Source: Polyangiales bacterium (GTDB lineage: Bacteria > Myxococcota_A > Polyangia > Polyangiales > JADJQN01). From it: 64,000 bases of DNA. Under the pieces are notes generated by a model. That model was given only the letters and a program-made list of their open reading frames with translations. It did not search any database and was not told the origin of the DNA. The stretch's first letter is position 1; every line of letters begins with the position of its first letter. Shown here one piece after another: positions 40,640 through 49,725 of this stretch. The stretch is from assembly GCA_964202905.1 (NCBI GenBank), contig CAXNJO010000001.1, forward strand, positions 384,001 to 448,000. The letters are read 5' to 3'. A program made the position numbers and the translations under genes.

Positions 40640-41451
40640 GCGGCGCGCGCGCACGGCTCGCGAAGCTGCCGCTCGGCGTCGTGCTCGTCGGCGCGTTCGC
40701 GCTCGCGGCCGCGCTCGGACCGCTCGTCGCGCCGCACGATCCCGCGCAGATCGATCTCGACCACGAGTACGCCGCGCCCTCGCTCGCGCACCCGCTCGGC
40801 ACCGGCGACAACGGCACCGACGTGCTCAGCGTGCTGCTCCACGGCGCGCGCCTCGCGGGCACGATCGGGCTGCTCGTCGTCTCGCTCTCGGTCGTCGTCG
40901 GGACGCTCGCAGGTGCCTTCGCGGGCTACCGCGGCGGGCTCGTCGATCACGCCGTGACGGGCGTCGCGGACCTCGTGCAGTCGTTCCCGGCCGTCGTGCT
41001 GAACGTCGCGCTGCTCGCCGTCGTCGCGCGGCCCGGCGTGCCGCACCTCGTGCTCGCGCTCGTCTCGAACGGCTGGGTCCTCTACGCGCGCGTCGCCCGC
41101 GGCCAGACCCTCGCGATCCGCGAGCGCGAATACATCCAGGCCGCGCGCGCGCTCGGGATGGGTGACGCGCGCATCCTCTTCCGCCACGTGCTGCCGAACC
41201 TCGGCGGCCCGCTCGTGATCCAGGCGACGAGCGGCCTCGGCGCGGCGATCCTCGCGGAGTCGACGCTGTCGTTCCTCGGGCTCGGGCCGGGCAAGGCCGC
41301 GAGCTGGGGCGCGCTGCTCGATCAGGGCAGCGCGGTCCTGCTGCGCTTCCCGCACGTCGCGCTCTTCGCAGGGGGCACGATCGCGGCGACGGTGCTCGGC
41401 TTCAACCTCGCGGGCGACTGGCTCCGGGATCGCCTCGACCCGCGCCGCTGA
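40636..41451 (+). CDS. Peptide/nickel ABC transporter permease (OppC/DppC-like)
   Basis: HPLGTGDNGTDV, REYIQAARALG, RHVLPN and ESTLSFLGLG. GTGA overlap with the upstream permease. Confidence 0.93.
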   Translation: MSGARARLAKLPLGVVLVGAFALAAALGPLVAPHDPAQIDLDHEYAAPSLAHPLGTGDNGTDVLSVLLHGARLAGTIGLLVVSLSVVVGTLAGAFAGYRGGLVDHAVTGVADLVQSFPAVVLNVALLAVVARPGVPHLVLALVSNGWVLYARVARGQTLAIREREYIQAARALGMGDARILFRHVLPNLGGPLVIQATSGLGAAILAESTLSFLGLGPGKAASWGALLDQGSAVLLRFPHVALFAGGTIAATVLGFNLAGDWLRDRLDPRR

Positions 41452-41475
41452 TCGCCCGATGCGCGGACGACGCGC

Positions 41476-42009
41476 CTACTCGCGGAGCAGCCCGAACTGG
41501 CTCTGGAGGAGGTGAGACGTGACGTCGTCCCAGGCCTCGTCGCCCTCGTTCATCGCGACCGACGCGATGTGCACGTTGAGCACGACGCGCTCGACCTTCG
41601 AGGTGAGGCCCGCGGGCTGCGCCTTCTTACCGGGCCGCACGAAGATCGCCTCGGTGCCGGGCACCGGAAACGGCCGCGAGATGTGCATCGTCTGCGTGTA
41701 CTTGCGCTGCCCGCCGGCGAGGCTCGCGCCAAGCAGCGAGTGCGCCGCCTCCGGCCGGCCCGTGCGCCGGTCGATGACCTCGATGCACTCGAGCGCCGAG
41801 TCGACGACGTACACGCGGTTGCGCGTCCACACCTCGAGCATCCGATAGCGCTGCCCCGTGGCGCGGGCCTCGCTCGCGGCGAGCACCTGCGCCTGCCGCG
41901 ACAGCACCACCTCGATGGGTGGCGGCTCCCTCGGCGGCGACGCGGCGTCGGCGGAGATCATCGTCGGCTCGTCGTCGTCGTCGTGGAAAGAATCGCCCCG
42001 GCGCGCCAT
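41476..42009 (-). CDS. Hypothetical protein
   Basis: Acidic N-terminus (DDDDEPT) and a globular-looking YRMLEVWTRNRVYVVD... region. TAACGT lies 8 nt before ATG 42009. Confidence 0.7.
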   Translation of the reverse strand: MARRGDSFHDDDDEPTMISADAASPPREPPPIEVVLSRQAQVLAASEARATGQRYRMLEVWTRNRVYVVDSALECIEVIDRRTGRPEAAHSLLGASLAGGQRKYTQTMHISRPFPVPGTEAIFVRPGKKAQPAGLTSKVERVVLNVHIASVAMNEGDEAWDDVTSHLLQSQFGLLRE

Positions 42010-42051
42010 GGGCGCAGACGTTACCACGCCTTCCAACGAGCCAAGGCGCCC

Positions 42052-43233
42052 TCAGCCGGCGTGCGCAGCGAGGCGCACGCGACGCCGACGCCGCCAGCGC
42101 CAGAGGAGCGTGAGCGTGACGAGCGGCGTGACGGCCGCGGCCGCAAACGCCGCCGGATACAGGTACTCGCGGGCCTGCCCGAAGCGCACGCGCGGCGGGC
42201 GCGGACGCTCGACCACGACGACCGGACCGGACGGCGGCGTGGCCTCTCCCTGACGGGTCTCGGCGACCGTGGCGCGCGGCGGCGGCGCGACGATGCCGAT
42301 GTGGTTCATCACCTCGCGCTCGTTGCCGCGGACGAAGACCTCCTCGGCGCCGTCGCCGCGCTGCCGGACGCGCGCGCCCGTTTGCCGCGCACGCGCCTCG
42401 CGCGACTCGCGTGCGCCGAGCCCGAGCTTGGCCTCCCAGCGGCCCCCCGATGGCGAGTTCACGATGCCGCCCTCTTCGGCCACGAACATCGCGCTCGAGC
42501 CGCCGCCGTCGAGGTTGAGCGCGCGGTCCGCGCCGAACTCCACGAACATCCGCGCGAGCTCGTAGAGGGTCATGCCGTGGCTGTGACCCTGGCGTCCATC
42601 GACCACGATCAGGATGACCTTCTTGCCATCTCTGGAGATGCCCACGGAGGAGCGCGGGTGCCGCAGGTTCGCGCTGTCGAAGGCGTCGAGCGAGACGAGG
42701 TCGAGCCGCCCGTCGCGCACCAGCATCGGCTGCCCGCTCACGGCCTCGCTGACACGCTCGAGCGCGATGCGGTCCTCGTCGAGCTCCGGCGCGCTGATCC
42801 ACGCACGCCCGCCGCGCGTCACCGCGAAGAAGCCGATCTCCGTGTCGTCCTCGCCATCGGGCCAGCGCGCGCCCCCACCCGCCGTGACGCCTTCGGCGTG
42901 CTGGAGCATCCCCCAGAACCCGCCGTTGGTCGCGGCCGCGAGGCGGTTGCGCGTCGCGTACTCGCTCACCGTGCTCCAGCGCTCCTCGTAAGGCGTCGCG
43001 CGGATGCGGACGCCGGGGTGCGCGAGGTCGACGACGAGCGCGTGGATGGTGCTCGGCAGCGTCGTCGTGCGGACGAGGTGGCGGACGCCGGGGTTCGGGT
43101 CGAGCCAGCGGTCGGTGTGCGCGACCGGCGGGCGACGACGCTCCTGCGCGGCCGCGCGAGCGCCGGGCGCACCGCAGACGGCGGCGAGCGCAAGGACGAC
43201 GAAAAGCGCCTGTGAAATCGGCGTGTTGACCAC
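42052..43233 (-). CDS. Phosphodiester glycosidase (NAGPA / DUF2233) family protein, secreted with a C-terminal TM anchor
   Basis: AATNGGFW, HPRSSVGI, IVVDGRQGHSHGMTL, ALNLDGGGSS and NSPS. Signal peptide and a C-terminal TM followed by RWRRRRR. Start uncertain (GTG 43233). Confidence 0.88.
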   Translation of the reverse strand: MVNTPISQALFVVLALAAVCGAPGARAAAQERRRPPVAHTDRWLDPNPGVRHLVRTTTLPSTIHALVVDLAHPGVRIRATPYEERWSTVSEYATRNRLAAATNGGFWGMLQHAEGVTAGGGARWPDGEDDTEIGFFAVTRGGRAWISAPELDEDRIALERVSEAVSGQPMLVRDGRLDLVSLDAFDSANLRHPRSSVGISRDGKKVILIVVDGRQGHSHGMTLYELARMFVEFGADRALNLDGGGSSAMFVAEEGGIVNSPSGGRWEAKLGLGARESREARARQTGARVRQRGDGAEEVFVRGNEREVMNHIGIVAPPPRATVAETRQGEATPPSGPVVVVERPRPPRVRFGQAREYLYPAAFAAAAVTPLVTLTLLWRWRRRRRVRLAAHAG

Positions 43234-43439
43234 CGACGCACAGCCCGCGTGCGCTCCGCGGCGCGGGGCGCGGGTCACGCGGGACGGTGGCTCCTCCCGG
43301 CGGGCGCGGTGGGTACGGCGGCATGGACGCGGCGGATTATTCGCAAACGCGGCGTCCACGGCAAAGGAACCGCAGCCCGTGTCACTCTCTGGCCGCCGCC
43401 TGCGCGCCGGTGTACAGGCGAGCGCCTCGAGGCCCAAAC

Positions 43440-44798
43440 GTGCTTGCCGACGGAACCGCCCCACGCCCTGCACCGCGACGCGCGTCGCACCTCCGCGCCG
43501 CGCTCCTGCTCGCGCTCGGCGTCGGCGCCTGTGCCGGCAACTCGGGCGGCGGCGATCCCGGCCCCGCGCCCGCCGCGACACCGCGCGCACCGTCCCGCCC
43601 CGATCCCCGCGCCGCGGCCTCCCCCGCCGATCTCCCGGACGCGTCCCCCGCGGACGCCGCGTCTCAGGGCCCACACGACGGCGCGGCCGGCGGCGCGGAC
43701 GGGGGCGCGCTCGCAGACCCGCCCCCCGAGGGCCTGCGCGGCGGCGGCTGGTACTTCGAGGTCCCCGACGCCGACCTTCGCGAGCGCCTCGCGACGCAGC
43801 CGCTGCGCGAGGTCAAGCGCGGCTACGGCGGCCGCAGCGTCGCGTTCAAGATCACGCTCGAGGACGGCTCGCAGGGCTACTACAAGCCGGAGCAGCGCTT
43901 CTCGGCGGCGCACTGGTGGTCGGAGGTCGCCGCCTACCACCTCGACCGCGCGCTCGGCCTGCACCGCACGCCGCCCGTCGTCTCGCGCCGCCTGCCGTGG
44001 TCGGTGCTGCGCGCGGCGGCACCGGACGACGAACGCTTCGCGGAGGTGATCGTCGGCGACGACGGCACGGTGCGCGGCTGCTTCTCGTACTGGGTGCCCG
44101 ACCGCCTCGTGCCGATGCGCTTCGGGCGCGGCTGGGAGCGCTGGGTCCGCGTGCAGACGTGGCCGGAGACCGCCGTGTCCCCATTCCAGCGGCCGCGCGT
44201 CTACACGAACCGCCTCGCCGCGCAGCGCGCCGGCACGGACGCCGATGCAGGCGCGCCCCGTCCGGGCGCGGTGGGTCTCGCCCTGCCTTCGTCGCCGGAC
44301 GGCGAGAGCGAGCCCGGCTTCGCGACCACGACCGACCTCGCCGCCAACGAGCGCAACGACGAGGGGACGCAACTCCCGCTCGCGCCCGCGAGCCCCGACG
44401 AACCCGAGCGCGCCGCCGAGCTCTCCGACCTCGTCGTGTTCGATTACCTCACGCAGAACACCGATCGCTGGGGCGGCGGCAACGCGAACGTGCTCACGCG
44501 CGGCCACGGCGGCCGCATCGTCTTCCTCGACAACGCCGCGGGATTCCCCGACACGCCGAGCGTCTCGAGCGGCCTGATGGACGCGCGGCTCCGCGTGCTC
44601 CAGCGCTTCCGCCGACGCACGGTCGCCGCGCTCCGAGCGCTCGACGTCGCGCGGTTCGCGCAGCGCCTCGCGGGCGAACCGCTCGCGCCGATCCTCGGCG
44701 AACGCCAGATCGCGCAGCTCGAGACGCGGCGCCGCACGGTGCTCGAGCGCGTCGCCGAGCTCGAGGCGCGCTTCGGCAGCGCCGCGATCCTGCCCTGA
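43440..44798 (+). CDS. Lipoprotein with a Four-jointed/Fam20-like atypical kinase domain
   Basis: Lipobox VGAC. YYKP, EVAAYHLDRALG...PPVVSR, DLVVFDYLTQNTDR, IVFLDNAAGF, RFRRRT and PLAPIL. Start uncertain (ORF open from 43287). Confidence 0.75.
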   Translation: MLADGTAPRPAPRRASHLRAALLLALGVGACAGNSGGGDPGPAPAATPRAPSRPDPRAAASPADLPDASPADAASQGPHDGAAGGADGGALADPPPEGLRGGGWYFEVPDADLRERLATQPLREVKRGYGGRSVAFKITLEDGSQGYYKPEQRFSAAHWWSEVAAYHLDRALGLHRTPPVVSRRLPWSVLRAAAPDDERFAEVIVGDDGTVRGCFSYWVPDRLVPMRFGRGWERWVRVQTWPETAVSPFQRPRVYTNRLAAQRAGTDADAGAPRPGAVGLALPSSPDGESEPGFATTTDLAANERNDEGTQLPLAPASPDEPERAAELSDLVVFDYLTQNTDRWGGGNANVLTRGHGGRIVFLDNAAGFPDTPSVSSGLMDARLRVLQRFRRRTVAALRALDVARFAQRLAGEPLAPILGERQIAQLETRRRTVLERVAELEARFGSAAILP

Positions 44799-44846
44799 CG
44801 GCGGCGAGCGCTCGCCCGTCGCGCGGTGCGCACGCGCGGGGTGCGC

Positions 44847-45089
44847 TCAGTGCGCGGGCGGCGTGGGCTGCTCGGCGCGGGGCGTCAGGTGCATGCCGCA
44901 CACCGGACAATCGCCCGGCCCGACGTGCGAGTAGGGCGTCGCCTCGCCGGGCTTGATGCACTGCATCGGGCACTCGTAGACGCGCGTGTCGGCTTGCGCG
45001 GGGGCGGCCTCGGCCCCGCTCGCGCCGCCGCACGCCGCAGCCACCGGGAGCAGGATCGCGAAGAGGAATCGCATCGGGAGGCGGGACAT
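44847..45089 (-). CDS. Small lipoprotein with a heavy-metal-binding (YxCPM...CPxCGM) domain
   Basis: Lipobox AAAC, then YECPMQC...GPGDCPVCGMHL. Confidence 0.85.
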   Translation of the reverse strand: MSRLPMRFLFAILLPVAAACGGASGAEAAPAQADTRVYECPMQCIKPGEATPYSHVGPGDCPVCGMHLTPRAEQPTPPAH

Positions 45090-45343
45090 CCCGCGTGACT
45101 AGCACGACGCGCCCCGGCCAGGCGAGTCCGCCGGCGCGCCCCGACACGCCGGCCACCCGAGCCGCCACCGCCGCGGTCCACGGCGTCGGGCGCGGGCGGC
45201 GCCGTGGCGCGAACACCAAGAAAAGCGCCTACATTCGGGGACTTCGAGGATGTGATGCGGCCGCCGCGGAGCGCGTCCGATCCCCTCGTGGAGAGGCCGC
45301 CGACCCGCTACCCCGCGGCACGCCGCGTGCTCTCCACGGCGGC

Positions 45344-45607
45344 ATGACCCACGACGACGTCTACGACGACGACACCCAGGTCACCCCGGTCGGCCGGCCC
45401 GGCGAGGACGCGCCGCCCGCCCTCCCCTTCGCGCTCCGGCGCCGCGTGCGCGACGACGAGACCTGGCTCGCCTCGCTGCCCGACGCGGCGCGCGCGGTGC
45501 TCGAGGCGGCCCGCGACGCCTCGCACGTCGCACCGGCCGCAGCGCGACCTCCGGGATCCGTCGCGCGCCCACTGCCGCGCATCCCCTCGCTGCGCGCCCC
45601 ACGCTGA
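45344..45607 (+). CDS. Small hypothetical protein
   Basis: MTHDDVYDDDTQVTPV... fills the gap with GC3-rich codons. No recognisable motif. Confidence 0.4.
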   Translation: MTHDDVYDDDTQVTPVGRPGEDAPPALPFALRRRVRDDETWLASLPDAARAVLEAARDASHVAPAAARPPGSVARPLPRIPSLRAPR

Positions 45608-45623
45608 GGGCGCGTCCGCGCGG

Positions 45624-47519
45624 TCAGCGCCCCTGCGCGCGCCCGGCGTCCTCGACGCGCACCTGCACGGGCGCCGACATCGGATCGTCCGGCTCCGGCC
45701 GCGCCCCGCTCTGGCGCAGCACCCCGAGCCGCAGCCCGCGGGCGACGACGAGCGCGCGCAACCCCGGTTCGAGCGGGTGCACGCTTTGCGCACGGTCCCC
45801 GCGCCGCAGGTGCGCGGGGGAGAGCACGCCGTCCATCCACAGATCCACGCGGCGCGGACGCCAGCCGACACCGAGTCGCAGCACGAGGTCGCTCGGGCAG
45901 CCGCCGCGCGCCGCGAGATCGAGCGTCAGCACGTCGCCCCGCAGCGTCGCGGCCTCGACCGCGAGGCAATCGCAGAGCGCGACGCCGCCCTCCGGATCCG
46001 TGCGTCCGCGCAGGTAGCGCCCCGCCGCGCCGCCCCGCGGATCGGCCCCGCGCGCGAGCAGCAGCAGGGAGGACGTCGCGTGGACGACGCCGTACTTCTC
46101 CTTCGCAACCCAGTCCCGCACGAGCGGCTCCTCGTCGGTCCGGATGAGCGACTCCCGGTGACGGAAACGCGCGCGGTGCCGCACATCCAGCACGACGTAC
46201 TCGGCGGCGCGGTCGGGCGGCGGCCCGCGCAGCACGCTCCTGCGCTCCGCGAGGTGCGGGAGCAGCGCGTCGGGCGCCTGCACGCTGCGCGTCGCGGGGA
46301 TGCGCGCGACCACGCTCTCGGCATCGCGCGTGAAGGCATCCGCGCGGAAGGCCGACATGGGGAAATCGCGCGAGAGCGGCGTGCCCCCCGCGAGCACGTG
46401 GCCCAGCAGGGCCGGCACGCCGAGCAGAGCCGGCGCGAGGCGCGACGTCACTGCGCGCGACGCGCCCGGACGCGCTCGGAGACGCGCGACGAGGTGGGCC
46501 ATCCCCTCAATCGCCGCGGCGAGCACGAATGGCAGCGCGGGCGTGAGGTAGTGCGACGCGAGGTCGAGCGTCGTCGGGAAATGCGAGACGAGGTTCACGG
46601 CCAGCGCGGGGAGCGCGGGGATCAGCCAGCGCGGGCGCAGCAGCGGCCAGACCAGCCCGACGGGCGCGAGGACGGTGACGCCGTAGAGCAGCCGGCGCGG
46701 CGCGACGAGGTGCTCTGCGAGGTCGCCAGGGTGCGAGAGCAGGTGCCGCGCGACCTCCGGGAAGCTGTTCCCCCAGCGACCGAAGTGCAGCTGCAGGGAG
46801 CCCACCGGCGGTGCGTACCGCGGGTGCAGGACGAGCAGAAAGTAGAGCAGATACGCGGCGCTGCCGAGCACACCGGCGAGCGCGAGGCCGACCGCACGAC
46901 GCCGCTCGCCCGGCGGCACCGCGCCGCGCGCGAACGCCACCGCGCCGACGGCGCAGGCCGCGGCCGTCATCGTCGCGAGGTCTTCGCGGCACGCGAGCGT
47001 CGCCACCACGCAGGCGAGCGCCGTGCGCGGCGCGCCACGATCGAGCGCGTCGACGAGCCAGGCGAGGGGCAGGACGGCGAGCGTGCCGGGATGGAACTCG
47101 TAGGGCACCACGTGCCCGAGGTTCGGCTGCAGCAGCCAGGCGAGCCCCGCCGCGAGGTACGCCGGCGGTCCGAGCCGCCGCCCTGCGAGCCGCGCGAGCG
47201 GGAACGCCGTCGCCGCGTACGCAGCCGCCTGCGCGGCGAGCAACACCGGCACCGTCCCGAACGCACGCCCGAGCACGCCGAGCGGCAGGAGCACCACCGA
47301 GAGGTGCAGCCCTGCGACGTGCGCGCCCACGATCGACTCGCGCGGGTCGTACCGCACGAGCCCCCACGCGATGCGCGTGTAGAACGCGAGGTCGAAGGTG
47401 CGATTGTGATACGTCGCGTAGCGCTGCCAGGACAGCGCGAGCAACCCCACGCCCGCGGCCGCAGCGAGCGCCAGCAGGGCGCCGCGTGCGCGCCGCGCGA
47501 GCTGGGCGTCCGCATCCAT
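45624..47519 (-). CDS. DUF2079-like multi-pass membrane protein (putative GT-C glycosyltransferase)
   Basis: FDLAFY after the first TM, GLHLS, YEFHP, ACREDL, HYLTP and LLPHLAER. Many TM helices. Confidence 0.75.
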   Translation of the reverse strand: MDADAQLARRARGALLALAAAAGVGLLALSWQRYATYHNRTFDLAFYTRIAWGLVRYDPRESIVGAHVAGLHLSVVLLPLGVLGRAFGTVPVLLAAQAAAYAATAFPLARLAGRRLGPPAYLAAGLAWLLQPNLGHVVPYEFHPGTLAVLPLAWLVDALDRGAPRTALACVVATLACREDLATMTAAACAVGAVAFARGAVPPGERRRAVGLALAGVLGSAAYLLYFLLVLHPRYAPPVGSLQLHFGRWGNSFPEVARHLLSHPGDLAEHLVAPRRLLYGVTVLAPVGLVWPLLRPRWLIPALPALAVNLVSHFPTTLDLASHYLTPALPFVLAAAIEGMAHLVARLRARPGASRAVTSRLAPALLGVPALLGHVLAGGTPLSRDFPMSAFRADAFTRDAESVVARIPATRSVQAPDALLPHLAERRSVLRGPPPDRAAEYVVLDVRHRARFRHRESLIRTDEEPLVRDWVAKEKYGVVHATSSLLLLARGADPRGGAAGRYLRGRTDPEGGVALCDCLAVEAATLRGDVLTLDLAARGGCPSDLVLRLGVGWRPRRVDLWMDGVLSPAHLRRGDRAQSVHPLEPGLRALVVARGLRLGVLRQSGARPEPDDPMSAPVQVRVEDAGRAQGR

Positions 47520-47612
47520 CGGGGCGCGAGCATAGCGGCCGCGGCGTTCACGGCACGCCCTTCGCGCGCCGCGATTGACGCCATCGGTGCGTCGGCCTAT
47601 GCCGACGCCGCG

Positions 47613-48248
47613 ATGGATCCCGCCTCCTCCCGCGGCCTCTACGTGCTCATCGATCCGGAGCACACGCGCGGTCGCGACCCTGCGCAGGTCGCGCGCGCGG
47701 CGCTCGCCGGTGGCTGCGCCGTCCTGCAGCTCCGCGCCAAGCGCCTGCCCGACGCCGCGCGCCTCGCCCTCGCCGGCCAACTCCGCGCGCTCGCGCACGC
47801 CGCAGGCATCCCCTTCGTCGTGAACGATCGGGTCGATCTCGCGCTCCTCACGGACGCCGACGGCGTCCACCTCGGCCAGGACGACCTGCCCCCGGCGTTG
47901 GCGCGCCGCCTCGCGCCGCGGCTCTCGATCGGCCTCTCGACGCACTCGCTCGCCCAGGCGCTCGAGGGCGCGCGCGCCGGGGCCGCGCTGCTCGGTTTCG
48001 GGCCCGTCTTCGACACTCGCTCGAAGGAGCGCCCCGACCCGACGGTGGGCCTCGCCGCGCTCGCCGAGGTGGTGCGCCGGGTGGAGCTGCCGGTCGTCGC
48101 GATCGGCGGGATCCAGCTGGCCAACGCCGCCGCGGTGGCCGCGACGGGCGCGCGGTTCGGCGCGGTCATCGGCGCCGTCGGCGAGGCGGACGACCCGGAG
48201 TCCGCGGCCCGCGCGCTCCACGCCGCGCTCGGCGGACGCGCGCGATGA
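47613..48248 (+). CDS. thiE: Thiamine-phosphate synthase
   Basis: GLYVL, LQLRAK, VNDRVDLA, GVHLGQDD, GLSTHS, GPVFDTRSK and VAIGGI. Confidence 0.95.
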   Translation: MDPASSRGLYVLIDPEHTRGRDPAQVARAALAGGCAVLQLRAKRLPDAARLALAGQLRALAHAAGIPFVVNDRVDLALLTDADGVHLGQDDLPPALARRLAPRLSIGLSTHSLAQALEGARAGAALLGFGPVFDTRSKERPDPTVGLAALAEVVRRVELPVVAIGGIQLANAAAVAATGARFGAVIGAVGEADDPESAARALHAALGGRAR

Positions 48249-48838
48249 TCCTCGAGGTCCTCGCGGCCTCCGCCGGACTCGGCGCGCTCGCGTTCGTGAT
48301 CGGACGCCGCGCGCGCCAGCGGCGTCGCACGGCGGCACGCGCGGCCACGGCGCGCAGCGGCGCAGCCGGCACGGCGACACCGCGCGGTCTGCGCGTCGGC
48401 GATGTGCTCCTCGACGCCGACGCCGAACATTGGCTCGCAGGGGCCCTCCACCTCGAGGAGGACGGGCTCGTGATGCGCCTCTTCCGCTGCCCCGGGCACG
48501 CCACCGCGCCCTGGCTCGCGCAGCTCGACGCGGCGGGGGACGACCTCGCGCGCTTGCACCCGACGACCGAAGTCCCCGACGGCGCCGTGCCGGACGCCCT
48601 CCCTGTCGCCGGCCTGCGCTACGCGCTGCGACGGCGCGGCGAGGCGCGCGTCACGCGCGAGGGGAGCGATGTGCCCCGCGGCGTGTACCGCGCGCGATAC
48701 ATCGAGCTCCGCGGCCCAGGCGGTCGCGCGCTCCTCGTCCTCGACCTCGATGACGGCACGCGGCTCGCGTTGGTCGGCGAGCGCGTCGAACGCGAACGCC
48801 TCGACCTGCTCCCCGGCGGCGACGCCCCCGAGCGCTGA
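48245..48838 (+). CDS. Membrane-anchored hypothetical protein (DUF4178-like)
   Basis: N-terminal TM and an LRVGDVL... beta-rich domain. ATGA overlap with thiE. Confidence 0.5.
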   Translation: MILEVLAASAGLGALAFVIGRRARQRRRTAARAATARSGAAGTATPRGLRVGDVLLDADAEHWLAGALHLEEDGLVMRLFRCPGHATAPWLAQLDAAGDDLARLHPTTEVPDGAVPDALPVAGLRYALRRRGEARVTREGSDVPRGVYRARYIELRGPGGRALLVLDLDDGTRLALVGERVERERLDLLPGGDAPER

Positions 48839-48854
48839 CGCGCCGCGCGCGCCC

Positions 48855-49622
48855 TCAGGCGCTCTTGCGCGCCTGAATCCCCTCGAAGTGGCGCACCGAG
48901 CTCTCCACCGAGCCGACGAGCGCGTCGTGCACGAGGGTCGCGACGCCGTTCGGGTTGGACTTGAGCGCTTCGTAGTAGCGCTGCCGCTCGGTCGCGTGGA
49001 TCACCGCGGGCGGGTAGCCATGGCGCAACAGGATCAGGTTCATGAAGAGGCGCGCGACCTTGCCGTTGTGCTTCGGGAAAGGCGAGATCGCGAGGAGCTT
49101 GTGGTGCGCCTTCGCCGCGAGCCGCACGGGGTGCGTCTTCGCCTTCTTCTCTTCGTCGATCCACTTGAACAGCGCGACGATCGCCGGGGCGATCTTGTCG
49201 GGCGTCGCGATCTCGTGGAAGTAGATGCGGTGCACGGGCATGTCCTTGCGGTACTGGACCTTGCCCTTGTTCTGCTCGACTTCGTCCGGTGCGAGCGTGC
49301 CGTAGATGCGGCGCAGCGTCTCGAGATCGACGGGCAAGCGCTTCTTCTCGCCGAGCTCGCGCACGAGGTCGATCGCGGCCTTGTGCTGGCGGATCTCGTC
49401 GTAGGCGGGGAGGAGCGTGCTGTCCGACGCGAGCTTCGGGTCGAGGGCCACCGTCAGCTCCGGGAAGCTGTGCACGACGCCCTCGAGCGCGCTGTCGTGG
49501 TGGACCCACGACATGTCGAAGCGTTGCTGGAAGTCGTGCAGGTCCACCTCGTCGACATCGGCGAGGAGCTCGTTCAAGCGAGCGACCTTCTCTTCGATGC
49601 TACCCGTTCGTGGTGCCTGCAC
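48855..49622 (-). CDS. Fic-domain protein with a degenerate active site
   Basis: DSALEG inhibitory-type motif, HPVRLAA..HHKL, and SPFPKHNGKVARLFMN in place of HPFxxGNGRxxR. GGAGG precedes GTG 49622. Confidence 0.85.
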   Translation of the reverse strand: MQAPRTGSIEEKVARLNELLADVDEVDLHDFQQRFDMSWVHHDSALEGVVHSFPELTVALDPKLASDSTLLPAYDEIRQHKAAIDLVRELGEKKRLPVDLETLRRIYGTLAPDEVEQNKGKVQYRKDMPVHRIYFHEIATPDKIAPAIVALFKWIDEEKKAKTHPVRLAAKAHHKLLAISPFPKHNGKVARLFMNLILLRHGYPPAVIHATERQRYYEALKSNPNGVATLVHDALVGSVESSVRHFEGIQARKSA

Positions 49623-49725
49623 GTCTCGACCTCCGCCACCAGCAGCCGGTATCACGGCGAGCACCCCCGCCCACGCGTGAACACCCGCCAAAGAGGCCGA
49701 ACCGTGCGCCAACACAAAGGAAAAG

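Noticed and set aside
47540..47612. TPP riboswitch upstream of thiE
   Set aside because: The intergenic gap is under 100 bp and I found no CTGAGA or related TPP-aptamer core.
48855..49622. Fic gene as a toxin-antitoxin module or mobile-element marker
   Set aside because: No adjacent antitoxin, integrase or transposase, no obvious compositional shift, and the catalytic motif is degenerate.
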